Below, piece after piece: positions 38,749 to 49,073 of a stretch of 64,000 nucleotides of DNA. Positions within the stretch are counted from its first letter, which is position 1; every line of letters starts with the position of its first letter. The position numbers and the translations under genes were made by a program. Location of the stretch: positions 152,348 through 216,347 of the forward strand of contig NW_005434652.1 of the NCBI RefSeq assembly GCF_000315625.1. Direction: 5' to 3'. This DNA comes from Guillardia theta CCMP2712 (taxonomy: Eukaryota; Protista; Cryptophyta). The notes beneath the pieces were generated by a model. The model was not told where the DNA came from. It did no database searches and worked only from the letters and a program-made list of their open reading frames with translations.

Positions 38749-39747
38749 GTAGGCTTGCTGCAGGGGGTTGAGGGGGAAGGCTTTCCGACGGTGCAGGGGC
38801 TGGGGGAGGAGGACAAGAGAGGACGGGGAGGGCATGGAAACAGTGAGGAAGGGAGGCATCGGGGAGAGGCTGAGAAGCTTGGAGGAGAGAGGCAGACGGG
38901 GGGGAGGAGGGGGGGTGGATATGAGGGGAGAATGGATGAAAGCAAGGGAGGGGGAGGGGGGGAGACTACAATGACACGAGCAGGAGGCAAGGTACAAGGC
39001 AGGGAGGGAGGAGATGTGAAGGAGAAGTAGGGGAGGAGTAGGGGGAATGTATCAGGGAAGAAGGCAAAACATTTTGCAGGGGAAAAATCTGGAGAGTTTT
39101 TATTTTAAGACCAATCTCGGGAACGTGTCTGAATCGTTGCTCTTTTTCGACTGTTTGGACCGTGACTGATGACCGACCCACCCCTTAGGACCCATGAAGA
39201 GATTTCTGACTCCCTACAACCTCCTCCGGAGTTCGCTTCCCCTCCCTCTATTGGGGAGTAGGAGGGGGGTGAATGTGAGGGGAGGATGGATGAAGGCAGG
39301 GGAGGGGGTGGGGAGGAGACCAGACTGGCGATCGGACTGGAGGAGGAGCGCGAGTAGGCAACGTATAAGGTAGCGATGCGGGGATATCGGAAGAGGAGAC
39401 GAAAAGATGCTTGTTCTCAGTTTGATGACATCGATGTTTACGAATAGTCGCAAAGAAATCTCTAGACGATATCCCTCCACCTCCTTGTCTCCCCGATCAT
39501 GGTTCTTTACTACTCAGCCGGTGTGGGAAATGTTTTCAGGAAAAGGGCAAAACAGACCGAGGGGAAATCTTGAGATCCAAGAAGTCAATGGGTGGTGGGA
39601 GGGGGCAAAATCCCTCACAAACCCCTTAAGAGAGCAGAGATTTGACTCCCTACAACCCCCTCCGGAGTTCGCCCCTCCCCATCTACTGCCCGCGCCTCCG
39701 CCTTCCCTCCTTCGTCACGAACTTCGGGTCGAAGCGCATCTCTCGTG

Positions 39748-40149
39748 ATGGCGAGGACCTTCGCCATCACTATCTCTCATCTCTCCTTCTTCCATCCTTC
39801 CCCGACACCCAGCAAGATCGTTTACCGCCCCCCCCTCCTCCGGCCTCGCCCTTCCCCTGACCACACATCGAAGCCCGCCCAACGGTCTTCGTTGCCTCAA
39901 GATGCATGTCTCCGAAGCATCCTCGATGCTCGCCGGCTCGCTTCCAAGCCTCCAGCAATCAACACCAAGACCCTGGTCCGCAGCGACTCCTCCGAGGACG
40001 TCACGCGGGGTGCCATCATGCTCCTGAGCGGCAGCCTGGAGGACTGTACGGGGAGGCACACACACAATGGCGTAAGCGGGCCAGGGAGGAGGCAGGAGGA
40101 GGCAGGCCAGGGAGGAGGAGGCAGGGGTATGTCGCGCGAGGTACTCTGA
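39748..40149 (+). CDS. Small hypothetical protein A, copy 2
   Basis: Almost identical to 37853..38245, with small indels near the C-terminus. Confidence 0.5.
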   Translation: MARTFAITISHLSFFHPSPTPSKIVYRPPLLRPRPSPDHTSKPAQRSSLPQDACLRSILDARRLASKPPAINTKTLVRSDSSEDVTRGAIMLLSGSLEDCTGRHTHNGVSGPGRRQEEAGQGGGGRGMSREVL

Positions 40150-40429
40150 CAAGAAGTAGTAAACCCTCCGTCATTGGACCTTTGCCTCACTCACTCGCCA
40201 TGTAAGCCTCTGCCGGCTGCGCTCGCAGCTGCCTAGGCGGATCTCAGCGTTGCCGTCTCCTGGCCCTGGCGAGGAGCTCCCTTGCTCTGCATGAGGAGTG
40301 GTGCCGCTGCGAGGGGTCGCATGGATCAGGTTTACTCAGTCATACCCTAGCTCTCACACCCATATCGCTATCACACTCGCCTCCTCTCTCCTTCCTGTCT
40401 GTCTTGCCCGCAGCCTCCCGTCGCTGTCC

Positions 40430-40605
40430 TCATGGTCCTGCCGCCTGCTCCTCCAGCAGACTCCGCACAAGCCCTCGCCGAGTGCTTGGACCGAGCCTGC
40501 TGCCGCGCTCCCTTGCCTCCATGATACTCCGCAAGCAGGCGTCCTCCGCCACGGGAGAGGAGGGAAGCCGGGGCTCGGAAGAGCCCGCGGAGAACTGGGG
40601 CATGT
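40430..40605 (-). pseudogene. Degenerate copy of ORF B
   Basis: Deletions remove the SSMTDVTASALV segment and the 11 nt containing the stop codon; several small indels. Confidence 0.65.
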
Positions 40606-40798
40606 ACTACCGGCTTGCTGCAGGGGGTTGAGGGGGAAGGCTTTCCGACGGTCACCGCAGGGGCTGCCGGGGCCGTCCGGGGGAGGAGGACAAGAGAGGA
40701 TGGGGAGGGCATGGGAACACTGACAGTGACTCAGTGAGCCTCCGGGAGGGTCGAAGGCATCGGGGATAGGCTGAGGAGCTTGGAGGAGAGAGGCAGAC

Positions 40799-43700
40799 TG
40801 GCTTTTTGAAATGGCGTGTACTGAGGGGAAATGCGCCTACTCGCCACTTTCATTTCGGTGGTGACGGCGAGAGCGAGGGAACCGCGACAAGGGAAGCGTG
40901 AAGATCCGCTCTCACTTCCATCATCACTGTGAGACATCATGGCGCGGCACAAGCGGCCTGCCATCCTCCGTCATCACAGTTCTGTTGTTGATCCTCTACT
41001 GACTGGCACGCCGGGCTCGTCGTCCCACTTTCCTCATACAGGCCTTGTGTCCCAAGAGAGCTCCTCTGACTCTGAGCCCCGCTCACAGCAGGAACCCCTA
41101 CGGACTCCTGACATGCTGGAAGGGCAATCTCGTTCTGCAGCGTCTCCTCCGCAGGATGACTTTGCCTCCTCCGCCGCTGGATCTGGAGGAGGTTCGGGGA
41201 ACCAAAGACCTCGGAAGCAGGCAAGATTTCGCCGATCCATCTCCCAGAGGACACCCACCGATCAGCCTACGGTCAATCCTACACCCCCACCGCCCCCTCC
41301 TCAACCGGCAAATCTTTTCCCAGAAGACCCTGGCACGCAATCTAGCGCAGCGGCTTACTTTCATAATCTGCGTCCGCAAGACATGCCTTGTGGTACGTCG
41401 AATTGGCACAGAGCCCTCCCTCTCTTTGCTCAACAGGGACCACATAAGCTTCCGGCACTCCTGGCTCGTAATCCTTCCATTACAACCATCAAACACCCCA
41501 ATCGCCAGACGATTGATAAATGGAAGAGTGCGCTACAGTTTACGTTAGACCTGCTACAAGGTTACCCTGACTTGCATTGCGAGGAAGCTAAGATTATCCG
41601 GAGCTTGTGGCATTGTCTCCCACTGCTCCTGCTGAGAGTGAATCCAGTTCTTGCAATCTCGCGACAAAACCGAGATGTGAGCTACCGTATCCACCATTTC
41701 CTCCAAGGGCGTTGGGAGACATTGCTGAAACTAGAAGAGGGTGTTTCTTTTGACCAAGACGGCCCAGCGGTTGGCAGCGGTGGAGATCCGCAGGATGTCA
41801 CGCAGCAGCCCACGGCGGGACTAACTGGGTCGGGACGAGGCACGAGACCGCGGGCACCGCAAGGTAGGCGCCAACAACCTAACCGTCAAAATGCAGGTCG
41901 CCCACAAGGACCTGACCGTGCGAGAGCGGGCGTGCAGCAGCCAGTGATGGAGAGCGAGCAGTTGGAGAAAAAGAAAATCCTCTCGGCTGTTGAGCATTAC
42001 CAAAATCGGGATATGAAGAAAGCTCGACAGGCGCTTGTGGGCCATGGCCTCTCCCCAGATCCATTTGAGCAGCTATGGCAGCAAACTCGTGAGAAATTTC
42101 CGACGAGACTGGAACCCATTCCTCCAACGCTCCTAGACGCAGTCGGCTCCTCAAGGCAAATGCTAAGTGCTCAGCTCGACGATGCCATCGCCGATGAACC
42201 GGCCTCATTGCTTGACAAGATTTTAGATCAGCGAGAGGTAGGGAAATTCCTGCGGCGATTCACTGCTTCCTCGGCCCCTGATCAATTTGGTTGGCGACCG
42301 TTCCAGCACCTGCGACACATTCTCAGACTGCATGATGATCACAAACAGCGATACATTAACCTCATATTGAAGCCGATCGCGCTGGGAATCCCTTCGGGCG
42401 CTTTCCTCGAGGAATACACCAGAGGGGGGCGATTCATTCCTGCTGCCAAGTCAGTGGAAAAGAGCGGAATCCGACCTATTGTGATAGGGGACCTGGAGCG
42501 AAGGATTGTGTCTAGCATCTTCTGTCGTTTCTACCGAAAATCTTTGGAGAGCCACTTCACCCTCAGTCACTCTCGGGTCCTGCAATTTTGCGTGGGTCTG
42601 GAGGAAGGTTGTCTCAAATTCTGCAAGACCATCGAATGCCTGTTAGGACCCCATTCTTTTGCCAACCCATTCACAGACCAGGGCGAAGGTGAGTCTGATA
42701 ATTTTGATCCCACGGTAATCATCATGATCGACGCAAGAAATGCCTTCAATGAGATCTCTCGCCAACGGCTATTTGACATCCTCCTTGCTCCCGAGCATCG
42801 TTGTGAGAACTTTTCCCAAGGAGTCCTTCCGTATGTTCATCAATATTATGGCCAGGCAGGTAAGTTATTTCTGAAACATCAGCGAGAGACTCGGGCTTTT
42901 TCGGCCACCACGGGAGTTTCTCAGGGGGACCCCTTGGCGATGGCTCTCTTTGCGCACACCACCTTCCCTTCCCTGGTCAAAGTCGCAGAGACCTTTCCCG
43001 ACTGTGTCTTCCCGGCCTATGCGGATAACATGGCTGTTATTGGAAAGCTCTCAGTTGCCGCACAGGCTACTGCATCGCTGGTTGATACTTTAAAACAAGA
43101 GCTAGGATTGGAGATTCAACCCAGGGATTCGCAGATATTCTCCTCGTCCTGGTGTGAACTTCAATCTAGTCAGCAACAAGCCATCCAAGAGCATATTTGC
43201 AGTAGGTACCCGGGCTTGCAGCAGTTTGCCTTCCGCGGCCAGGGGATCATCCTGGGAGGTATCCCGATAGGATCTCAGTCCTTCCAGCAAGAGTTTATCA
43301 CTGCCAAGGTGAATGCCCTCAATGCTGAATTGACCCAGTTGGAACAATTTCCCATTGCGTTGGGTCTCAAGCAGCTCTTGAAAACGACCCACGTTCCCAC
43401 CCTCCAATATTTCTTGCGTGGAATCTCCCCGGCCTTGACCGCTGCCCAGTGCAAGTGCTTTGACGTCGCGAATCTCCGTCTCCTGGCGAAGGTGTTTCAG
43501 TGGCCACAGAACCAGGCACAGGAGGGTTCATCTGTCCTGCAACCTGCCCCTGGCACCCCTCCATCTGACCTTCAGTTCGCCTACTTCAAACGTCAGTTGC
43601 CTTATAGTGCTGGAGGAGATGGGTTCACCCCGCAGGAGGGCGTGGCCTACACCGCATTCTGGTCGGCGACTGCCAAGTTTCTCAAATGGGCGGGTGAAAT

Positions 43701-45160
43701 TGCCATCTTCCAGCATTGGACTTTCCCTACACCGCCACTCTTCCACCGGATCAATTCTGACACTGAGCTTCGAATCCGCCAACCGCAGCAAGCGGACGCT
43801 GGGGATGTTGTCCCCATGCTTGCTGCCTTCTTGGACACTCACAGGCACTTGATGGAGCAGGGCATCTCGGCGTACACCTCCTTGGCGGAGCTTCCTCAGG
43901 CGTGCGACAATGGCTGGATCCCCTCGCCTGAATTATTTGGGACGTCGGGCAGTGCGCTTTTCATCCCCGCCCAGCGGGAGCTCACGGCTCAGTTCCTCTC
44001 GGAGTTTCCCCGGTTCCGCAGTATTCGGGCTCACCTTTCAGAGCGCCAGAGATCTTTGTTGGCACACCACTCCAGCTTCTCTACTCCCCTTCGAGTACCA
44101 GGCCACCCGGTTGATGAACTTCTGTCTCAGTTTACCCCTCAGCGCACGATTTGGCACTCGACTATGGAAAGTACAAACCTTGGGATCTTTGAGCAGCAGC
44201 CCATCAGCTTGGTGGCTGCCGCTGACAAGTTTCTTCATGGATTGCCGGTTGACCTCCCGCCGCACTGCGATCGATGCCATCATCTTCTTCGTCATCCTGG
44301 GGGGACCACACACATGGCAACCTGCAGGCACCGCAGCCAGTTATGGACTGATGCGCATGAGAAGTGCAATGCCGTCCTCAGTACCCTCATCAAAGATTCC
44401 GGAGTGAGATGCCGCGTCCACGTGCAAGGCGTACCCGGCACCAGGCAGAACGTTTCCCAACATGGCCCTGAAGATCATCATGTAGGGGACTTTGAACTTC
44501 CACAACTGATGGCTACTGGCGGCGGATGGCATGGGTTAATCCTGGACTTCAGCATGTCACATGTTTTTGACAATGATGGAATACCGGACCTCGCTCGGAG
44601 CAAACTGCAAGCGGCAGCACAGCGGAAGATCCGAGGGCATCGTAATGCATATGCTCAGCACGTCCCGCCAAAGGCCTTTCTTCCCATCATCGCCAGCACT
44701 GATGGCCTCTTGCAGGACGATGCGTTGCGCTTTCTGTGGTGGCTGGCGGATCGCTCGGCGAACAAGGAAACGGCAGCGCTGGATGGTCTCTCGGCCTCGC
44801 AAGACGTCTCAGGTGATCCGACTTGCAAACGCATTCGGTCCAGGGTCTTCCGTCAGCTCAAGGCCTCCCTGTCCTACGCTGCCATCATCGCGGGTGCATC
44901 CCGGTATGCGTCTCATTCCTTCGGCGGCGGCCACCGCGACATCGCTGGCATGGCCGCGCGGGGGACTTGTCCTGCGCGCCGTTAAGTGAAGGTATCAGTT
45001 AAGTTTGGGGGACAGCAGTCGGCAGGTTTAGGTTTGGTTCTCGCTGTCTTTTCTCTTCTCGCCGTTTGGCCTGTGCGACAGTGTCAGGGTCAAGCCTCCT
45101 CGACTCTCCTGATTGTCCTCGTACTGATCTTTAACTTAACTTTGAGTAAAAGTTTTTTGT
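40799..45160 (+). mobile_element. CRE-clade non-LTR retrotransposon (RT + restriction-like endonuclease), apparently full length
   Basis: Boundaries are defined by comparison with the empty site in copy 1: AGGCAGAC | element | (C)GGGGGGGG...GGGTGGATATGA. Confidence 0.85.
40939..44985 (+). CDS. Retrotransposon ORF: reverse transcriptase + zinc knuckle + RLE endonuclease (1348 aa)
   Basis: SAPDQFGW; KSGIRPIVIGD..RR; QFCVG..EG; IDARNAFNEISR; GVSQGDPL; YADN; LGGIPIG; CDRC...H...C; GDFEL...LDFSMSH...RKIRGH...FLPIIASTDG. Confidence 0.92.
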   Translation: MARHKRPAILRHHSSVVDPLLTGTPGSSSHFPHTGLVSQESSSDSEPRSQQEPLRTPDMLEGQSRSAASPPQDDFASSAAGSGGGSGNQRPRKQARFRRSISQRTPTDQPTVNPTPPPPPPQPANLFPEDPGTQSSAAAYFHNLRPQDMPCGTSNWHRALPLFAQQGPHKLPALLARNPSITTIKHPNRQTIDKWKSALQFTLDLLQGYPDLHCEEAKIIRSLWHCLPLLLLRVNPVLAISRQNRDVSYRIHHFLQGRWETLLKLEEGVSFDQDGPAVGSGGDPQDVTQQPTAGLTGSGRGTRPRAPQGRRQQPNRQNAGRPQGPDRARAGVQQPVMESEQLEKKKILSAVEHYQNRDMKKARQALVGHGLSPDPFEQLWQQTREKFPTRLEPIPPTLLDAVGSSRQMLSAQLDDAIADEPASLLDKILDQREVGKFLRRFTASSAPDQFGWRPFQHLRHILRLHDDHKQRYINLILKPIALGIPSGAFLEEYTRGGRFIPAAKSVEKSGIRPIVIGDLERRIVSSIFCRFYRKSLESHFTLSHSRVLQFCVGLEEGCLKFCKTIECLLGPHSFANPFTDQGEGESDNFDPTVIIMIDARNAFNEISRQRLFDILLAPEHRCENFSQGVLPYVHQYYGQAGKLFLKHQRETRAFSATTGVSQGDPLAMALFAHTTFPSLVKVAETFPDCVFPAYADNMAVIGKLSVAAQATASLVDTLKQELGLEIQPRDSQIFSSSWCELQSSQQQAIQEHICSRYPGLQQFAFRGQGIILGGIPIGSQSFQQEFITAKVNALNAELTQLEQFPIALGLKQLLKTTHVPTLQYFLRGISPALTAAQCKCFDVANLRLLAKVFQWPQNQAQEGSSVLQPAPGTPPSDLQFAYFKRQLPYSAGGDGFTPQEGVAYTAFWSATAKFLKWAGEIAIFQHWTFPTPPLFHRINSDTELRIRQPQQADAGDVVPMLAAFLDTHRHLMEQGISAYTSLAELPQACDNGWIPSPELFGTSGSALFIPAQRELTAQFLSEFPRFRSIRAHLSERQRSLLAHHSSFSTPLRVPGHPVDELLSQFTPQRTIWHSTMESTNLGIFEQQPISLVAAADKFLHGLPVDLPPHCDRCHHLLRHPGGTTHMATCRHRSQLWTDAHEKCNAVLSTLIKDSGVRCRVHVQGVPGTRQNVSQHGPEDHHVGDFELPQLMATGGGWHGLILDFSMSHVFDNDGIPDLARSKLQAAAQRKIRGHRNAYAQHVPPKAFLPIIASTDGLLQDDALRFLWWLADRSANKETAALDGLSASQDVSGDPTCKRIRSRVFRQLKASLSYAAIIAGASRYASHSFGGGHRDIAGMAARGTCPARR

Positions 45161-45193
45161 CGGGGGGGGTTAGGACTGAGGGGGGTGGATATG

Positions 45194-45780
45194 ACCCGGC
45201 CCGGGACCGTGCCAGACTGAGACTCGCCGTCGGAGGCCGCCGCTGCCGGGCCGGACCGCCCGGCCGGGCGCCGCCCGGCCGCCGCGTGACTGCCAGTTTG
45301 ACTCACTCGGAGGCCTGACTCACTGAGTCACTGGAGTAACTTGAAGGGAGTCGGACCACTGGCCGGGCCGGATTCGCATACGCCGGGCAGTGATAATAGT
45401 CATACTAATCGGACTCAGTCGGATGATTCAATGCCGCGGGCCGAAATTGAATTCGCCGCGCGGCCCCGGCGCCGGCCTGGTGGCGCCGTCACAGTCACCG
45501 GCCCGCGGCCGGCCAGGGCCAGGCGGGCCGCCGCGCCGCCGTCGCCTCATCAGTGTCGCCGTCACGCGGCCCGGCCCGCGGCTCAGAGTCGGGTACGCGG
45601 GCCCGGACTCAGTTCAACGCCCGGCCCCCACGCCGTTCGGGCCGGGCCGGGCCGCGGTACCTCAGTCGCGTACGGTACGGTACTCCCGGAGCCTCGGAGT
45701 CCGGCGGCGCCTCAGTACAGTCCTCAGAGTGTCAGAGCTGCGCCAGGTCCGGCCCAGTCGCCGGAGGATCATCGGATCAT
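45194..45780. other. GC-rich, palindrome-dense low-complexity tract (CCGG/GGCC, TGACTCA, GTAC, GATC words)
   Basis: For example CTGACTCACTGAGTCA, GCCGGGCCGG, GTACGGTACGGTAC, GGATCATCGGATCAT. Confidence 0.7.
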
Positions 45781-46699
45781 GGGGGTGGGGTACCGTCCGA
45801 AACACACTGTTGGGACGGTACCACAAATTTGAATTGCGAGTATCACCGTACTGACGGTAGACAGCCGGGGGTGGGGTATCTGCCGGCCAACTCAGTACTT
45901 TAAGGGGGAGGTGCCATCGTTCTTGATTGAAGTTAGGGGTAGGGTACCTCGGACGTGACCCCGGGGTACCGCAGAGCAGTAAAGTGCTAGGGAAACTGAG
46001 GGGTGGTAATGGCGTTTTCAAGTGTTGTGGACTGGACTCCCTGGCCAAGGTAACCATTGAGAGGGGTAGGGTCCGGGCCGGGGTGGGGTCATTTCCGAGG
46101 CTGGCGACATGTGAAGGTGATAAATTGTAGAAGAAAGTTTCGTTGGTGGTGGGGGGGCGGGGGTGTTGATAGGAGGGGTAGTATTTTGAAAGATAGGGTT
46201 CGGAAAAGGGTAGTCGGTAGCAGGCCAACCGTAGTTTTGTGGGGTACAGTTGACTCGGTAGGGTCCGTCTTGTGTGTGGGGCAAGGGGTAGCTAGTTCAT
46301 ATCGTTGGTATATTTCGGAGGGGTAGGTAGGGTGAGCCAGGAAGGTGCTATCGGCATGGCTTGAACCAGGCCCAGCATTGCGCGATGCAGAGAAGCAAGA
46401 GAGGGTAGAGATGAAGGGACATGTAGCATTGATGAAAGGGACTATGGATGAAGATGTTTATCCAGGTTTTGAATGATAGGCAGGGCGCAGTCGTTGATAT
46501 TTGGGGATGTTGAAATCTGGCGATTGAAAAGGTGCAGCAACCTTTGGCAAAATGTGAAATGAAAAGCTCTGAGAAGAAAGTTTGAAATCTAGATATTAGA
46601 CACTTGCACAATCACTTCGTTTTCCTTACCTTATTCTTGTTTGGCAGTTCCCATTCAAATCGAAACAGCCATGTATCTTCATTCACCTATTAAAAGTTT

Positions 46700-49040
46700 T
46701 GAACGACAATGAAAGCACACTTGGAGAGAGCTCAGAATCAGTCTCACTGTCGGCTGGCATAGGACTTTTTAGCGATTGTATCATGATACCCAGCACTCAA
46801 GGAGCTTCTTCATTCACGAGGTTTCAAGACTCTAGGACCGTCACATCCAGCGAGATGCCCAATTACATGACGTTGCAACGCAGCTCTATGGGGATTAGGA
46901 TCATCCAGGACGGCAATGAGGTTGTAAAAGAGGAATCAGGTTCTTCTTTTTGACGATGCATCTTCACACGTTGAAAGACAACAGCAGGCCTGAAACAAAT
47001 TATGAAAGACATTCGGGAGCAGTTGGAAAAATCAACCCATGTGGTCAATCAGGCCTCCACTAGGGATTCGGATCGAGTGGATTCAGAAACAATGAATTCA
47101 TACCCTGAAGTGAAACCTTACGACATACAGTCGTTGCGATCAAGATTCGTAAGTAATTTGAAATATCTCTGCAAATTTTGACAAGGAGGTGCAGGAAAGG
47201 GAAGTCTCGAGTACTGAGCGCATGTCATGGAAACGAGAGTCTAATCCTGGATTTAGAGATCTTGGAAATGATAGATCATTCAGAGATCTCGGAAATGATA
47301 GGTCATTCAAAAATCTTGGAAATGATAGATCGCCCAGAGAATTTGGGAATGATAGGTCAGTCAGGGATTATGGCAATGATAGGTCAGTCAGGGATTATGG
47401 GAATGATAGGTCATTCGGCGATTATGGGAATGATAGGTCATACTTTGTCCCAGAGGTCTATGTAGAACCAAAGATGAGGTGGCAGATACATGCTCCTGTT
47501 ACTCCTGACAACACGAGCAACTCTGCTCATCGCCGTCCGCCTGTCGAGCTGGCAATGAGGCCGCCCTCTCAACCGGCAACGCAAGTCAGTCAATCAGAGC
47601 CAGCATCAAGTAACAGCTCAGTGACTCGGAAGTCTGCTTTTGAGCTGCAACAACATTCAAATCAAACCTTCTATCCGTTCAACCATGCTTCCGCACAGAG
47701 GAATGTGCATTTACCGCCACCGATCAACTATCAACCAGATTTCCAGACGGGTATGCTGGAAAGGGAAAGATTCCATGAATTTCACCCAGGTTGTTTGTAA
47801 TGTCATTCCTCGACATTCAAGCTGATGATGTGTTGCAGGTCTTCCGCGGGGCTGGGAGATGAAAGTCGACTCGCCTTCAGGGAAGGTTTTCTATGTCAAC
47901 CATTCTTTGCGAGCAATCTCATGGGAAAGACCCAAACTCGAAACGCCTTTGAGCTCAGAGAGAGAGATGAGTCAGTTGCCGCCTCAAAGACCTGTGGAAG
48001 ACAAGCCGACGCCTGTAGTGGAACCCGTGGAAGAGAAGCGAACGCCGCCTCAGAGAATTGTTGAAGAGACACCAGCACCAACTCAGAAGCTTGACAATCC
48101 TTTTGACGGGTCCGAGATTTTGAATAGAATATCCTCCAACGTGCAGAACATCCTCATGAAACTGTCAAATGCTTCGAGCGGCTCAGAAAACGATGCTGCA
48201 AACAATCTTCGTGACGATTCGAACAAGGAGCAGCAAGATTACAACTTGAAATGGCGACTTGAGGAATTCAAGATCAAAACCTCCATCAAGGAGAGAATCA
48301 GCGCTGAGAGCGCGCTGCTTGATGGGAAGATCGACCTCAGGCGATCGTACAACTTCGCGACTTCCAATACGTTTACAAGGTTTGGTGTTCATTAATGACG
48401 AAATTCTCGTGATGATATGTACTGTAGCTTTGAAGATATCGATTTTGCCCCGAAGTCAAGGAAATGGCAAAATGATGGGCATGAGAACGACAATCATGTT
48501 CGAACAAGACCGATAACCAACATGCCAACCACACAGCTGTTGCGGTCTAGTCTGGATTCGTCCAAGTTCGCAGAGTTTCAGGTTTGGAAGTTCTGAAACA
48601 CATCCATGCATTTGAAGGTTTTGCAGGCTAGTTTCATGACACACTCGTCGTCGTCCAACCTTCCTCAGGTGCACAGTCAGGAGAAGAAGAAGGAAAGCCC
48701 ACACATGGACACACTGACGTTACTTCTCGATGCGAGAGAAAAACTTCGTGAACACCACAAGTCGAGCCTGACAGCAGAGCTTTCCGATGAACCCTTGCGG
48801 CCCACGTACACGGGAAGGAGCTTCGAACAGGAGATGGAATACTCGCGGTGGGTGAAGCAAGAATTGTTGGAGATCCCCATCGACGAGGATGAGGTTGGCA
48901 ACGCGACTCGGAGTGACATGGAGACAACATTGGATGCTCACACTGCGACTTCGAAGGACACGACGAAGAAAAATTCGGACATGCCGTCAAGCTCAGAGAC
49001 AAGCAGCAGCACATCCCACATGCTCATGTGGCAAGTGTGA
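46700..49040 (+). CDS. WW-domain protein with 9-aa tandem repeats, multi-exon
   Basis: GWEMKVDSPSGKVFYVNHSLRAISWERP after the acceptor at ~47839. The start is approximate. Confidence 0.65.
47252..47440 (+). repeat. Coding minisatellite, 7 x 27 bp (FRDLGNDRS / VRDYGNDRS)
   Basis: AATGATAG(G/A)TC recurs every 27 bp. Confidence 0.95.
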
Positions 49041-49073
49041 TGTCCTCCTTGTCCTTCAGTGTTTGTTTATAAA

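Larger units (their letters stand above)
37848..38924. repeat. Cassette copy 1 (intact; contains the empty retroelement site at ~38897)
   Basis: Near-identical to 39742-40798 plus 45161-45194. Confidence 0.9.

Noticed and set aside
40939-44985. RT as a group II intron, retron, DGR, telomerase or LTR/Penelope element
   Set aside because: Motifs and the C-terminal zinc knuckle + RLE match CRE-type non-LTR elements. No LTRs, integrase, GIY-YIG or template/variable repeat pair were seen.
45341-46326. ORFs in the GC-rich tract downstream of the retroelement (also 13252-13639)
   Set aside because: Low-complexity R/G/P/A translations arising from stop-poor DNA.
47252-47440. 27-bp repeats as a CRISPR-like array
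   Set aside because: Head-to-tail and in-frame coding, with no unique spacers.
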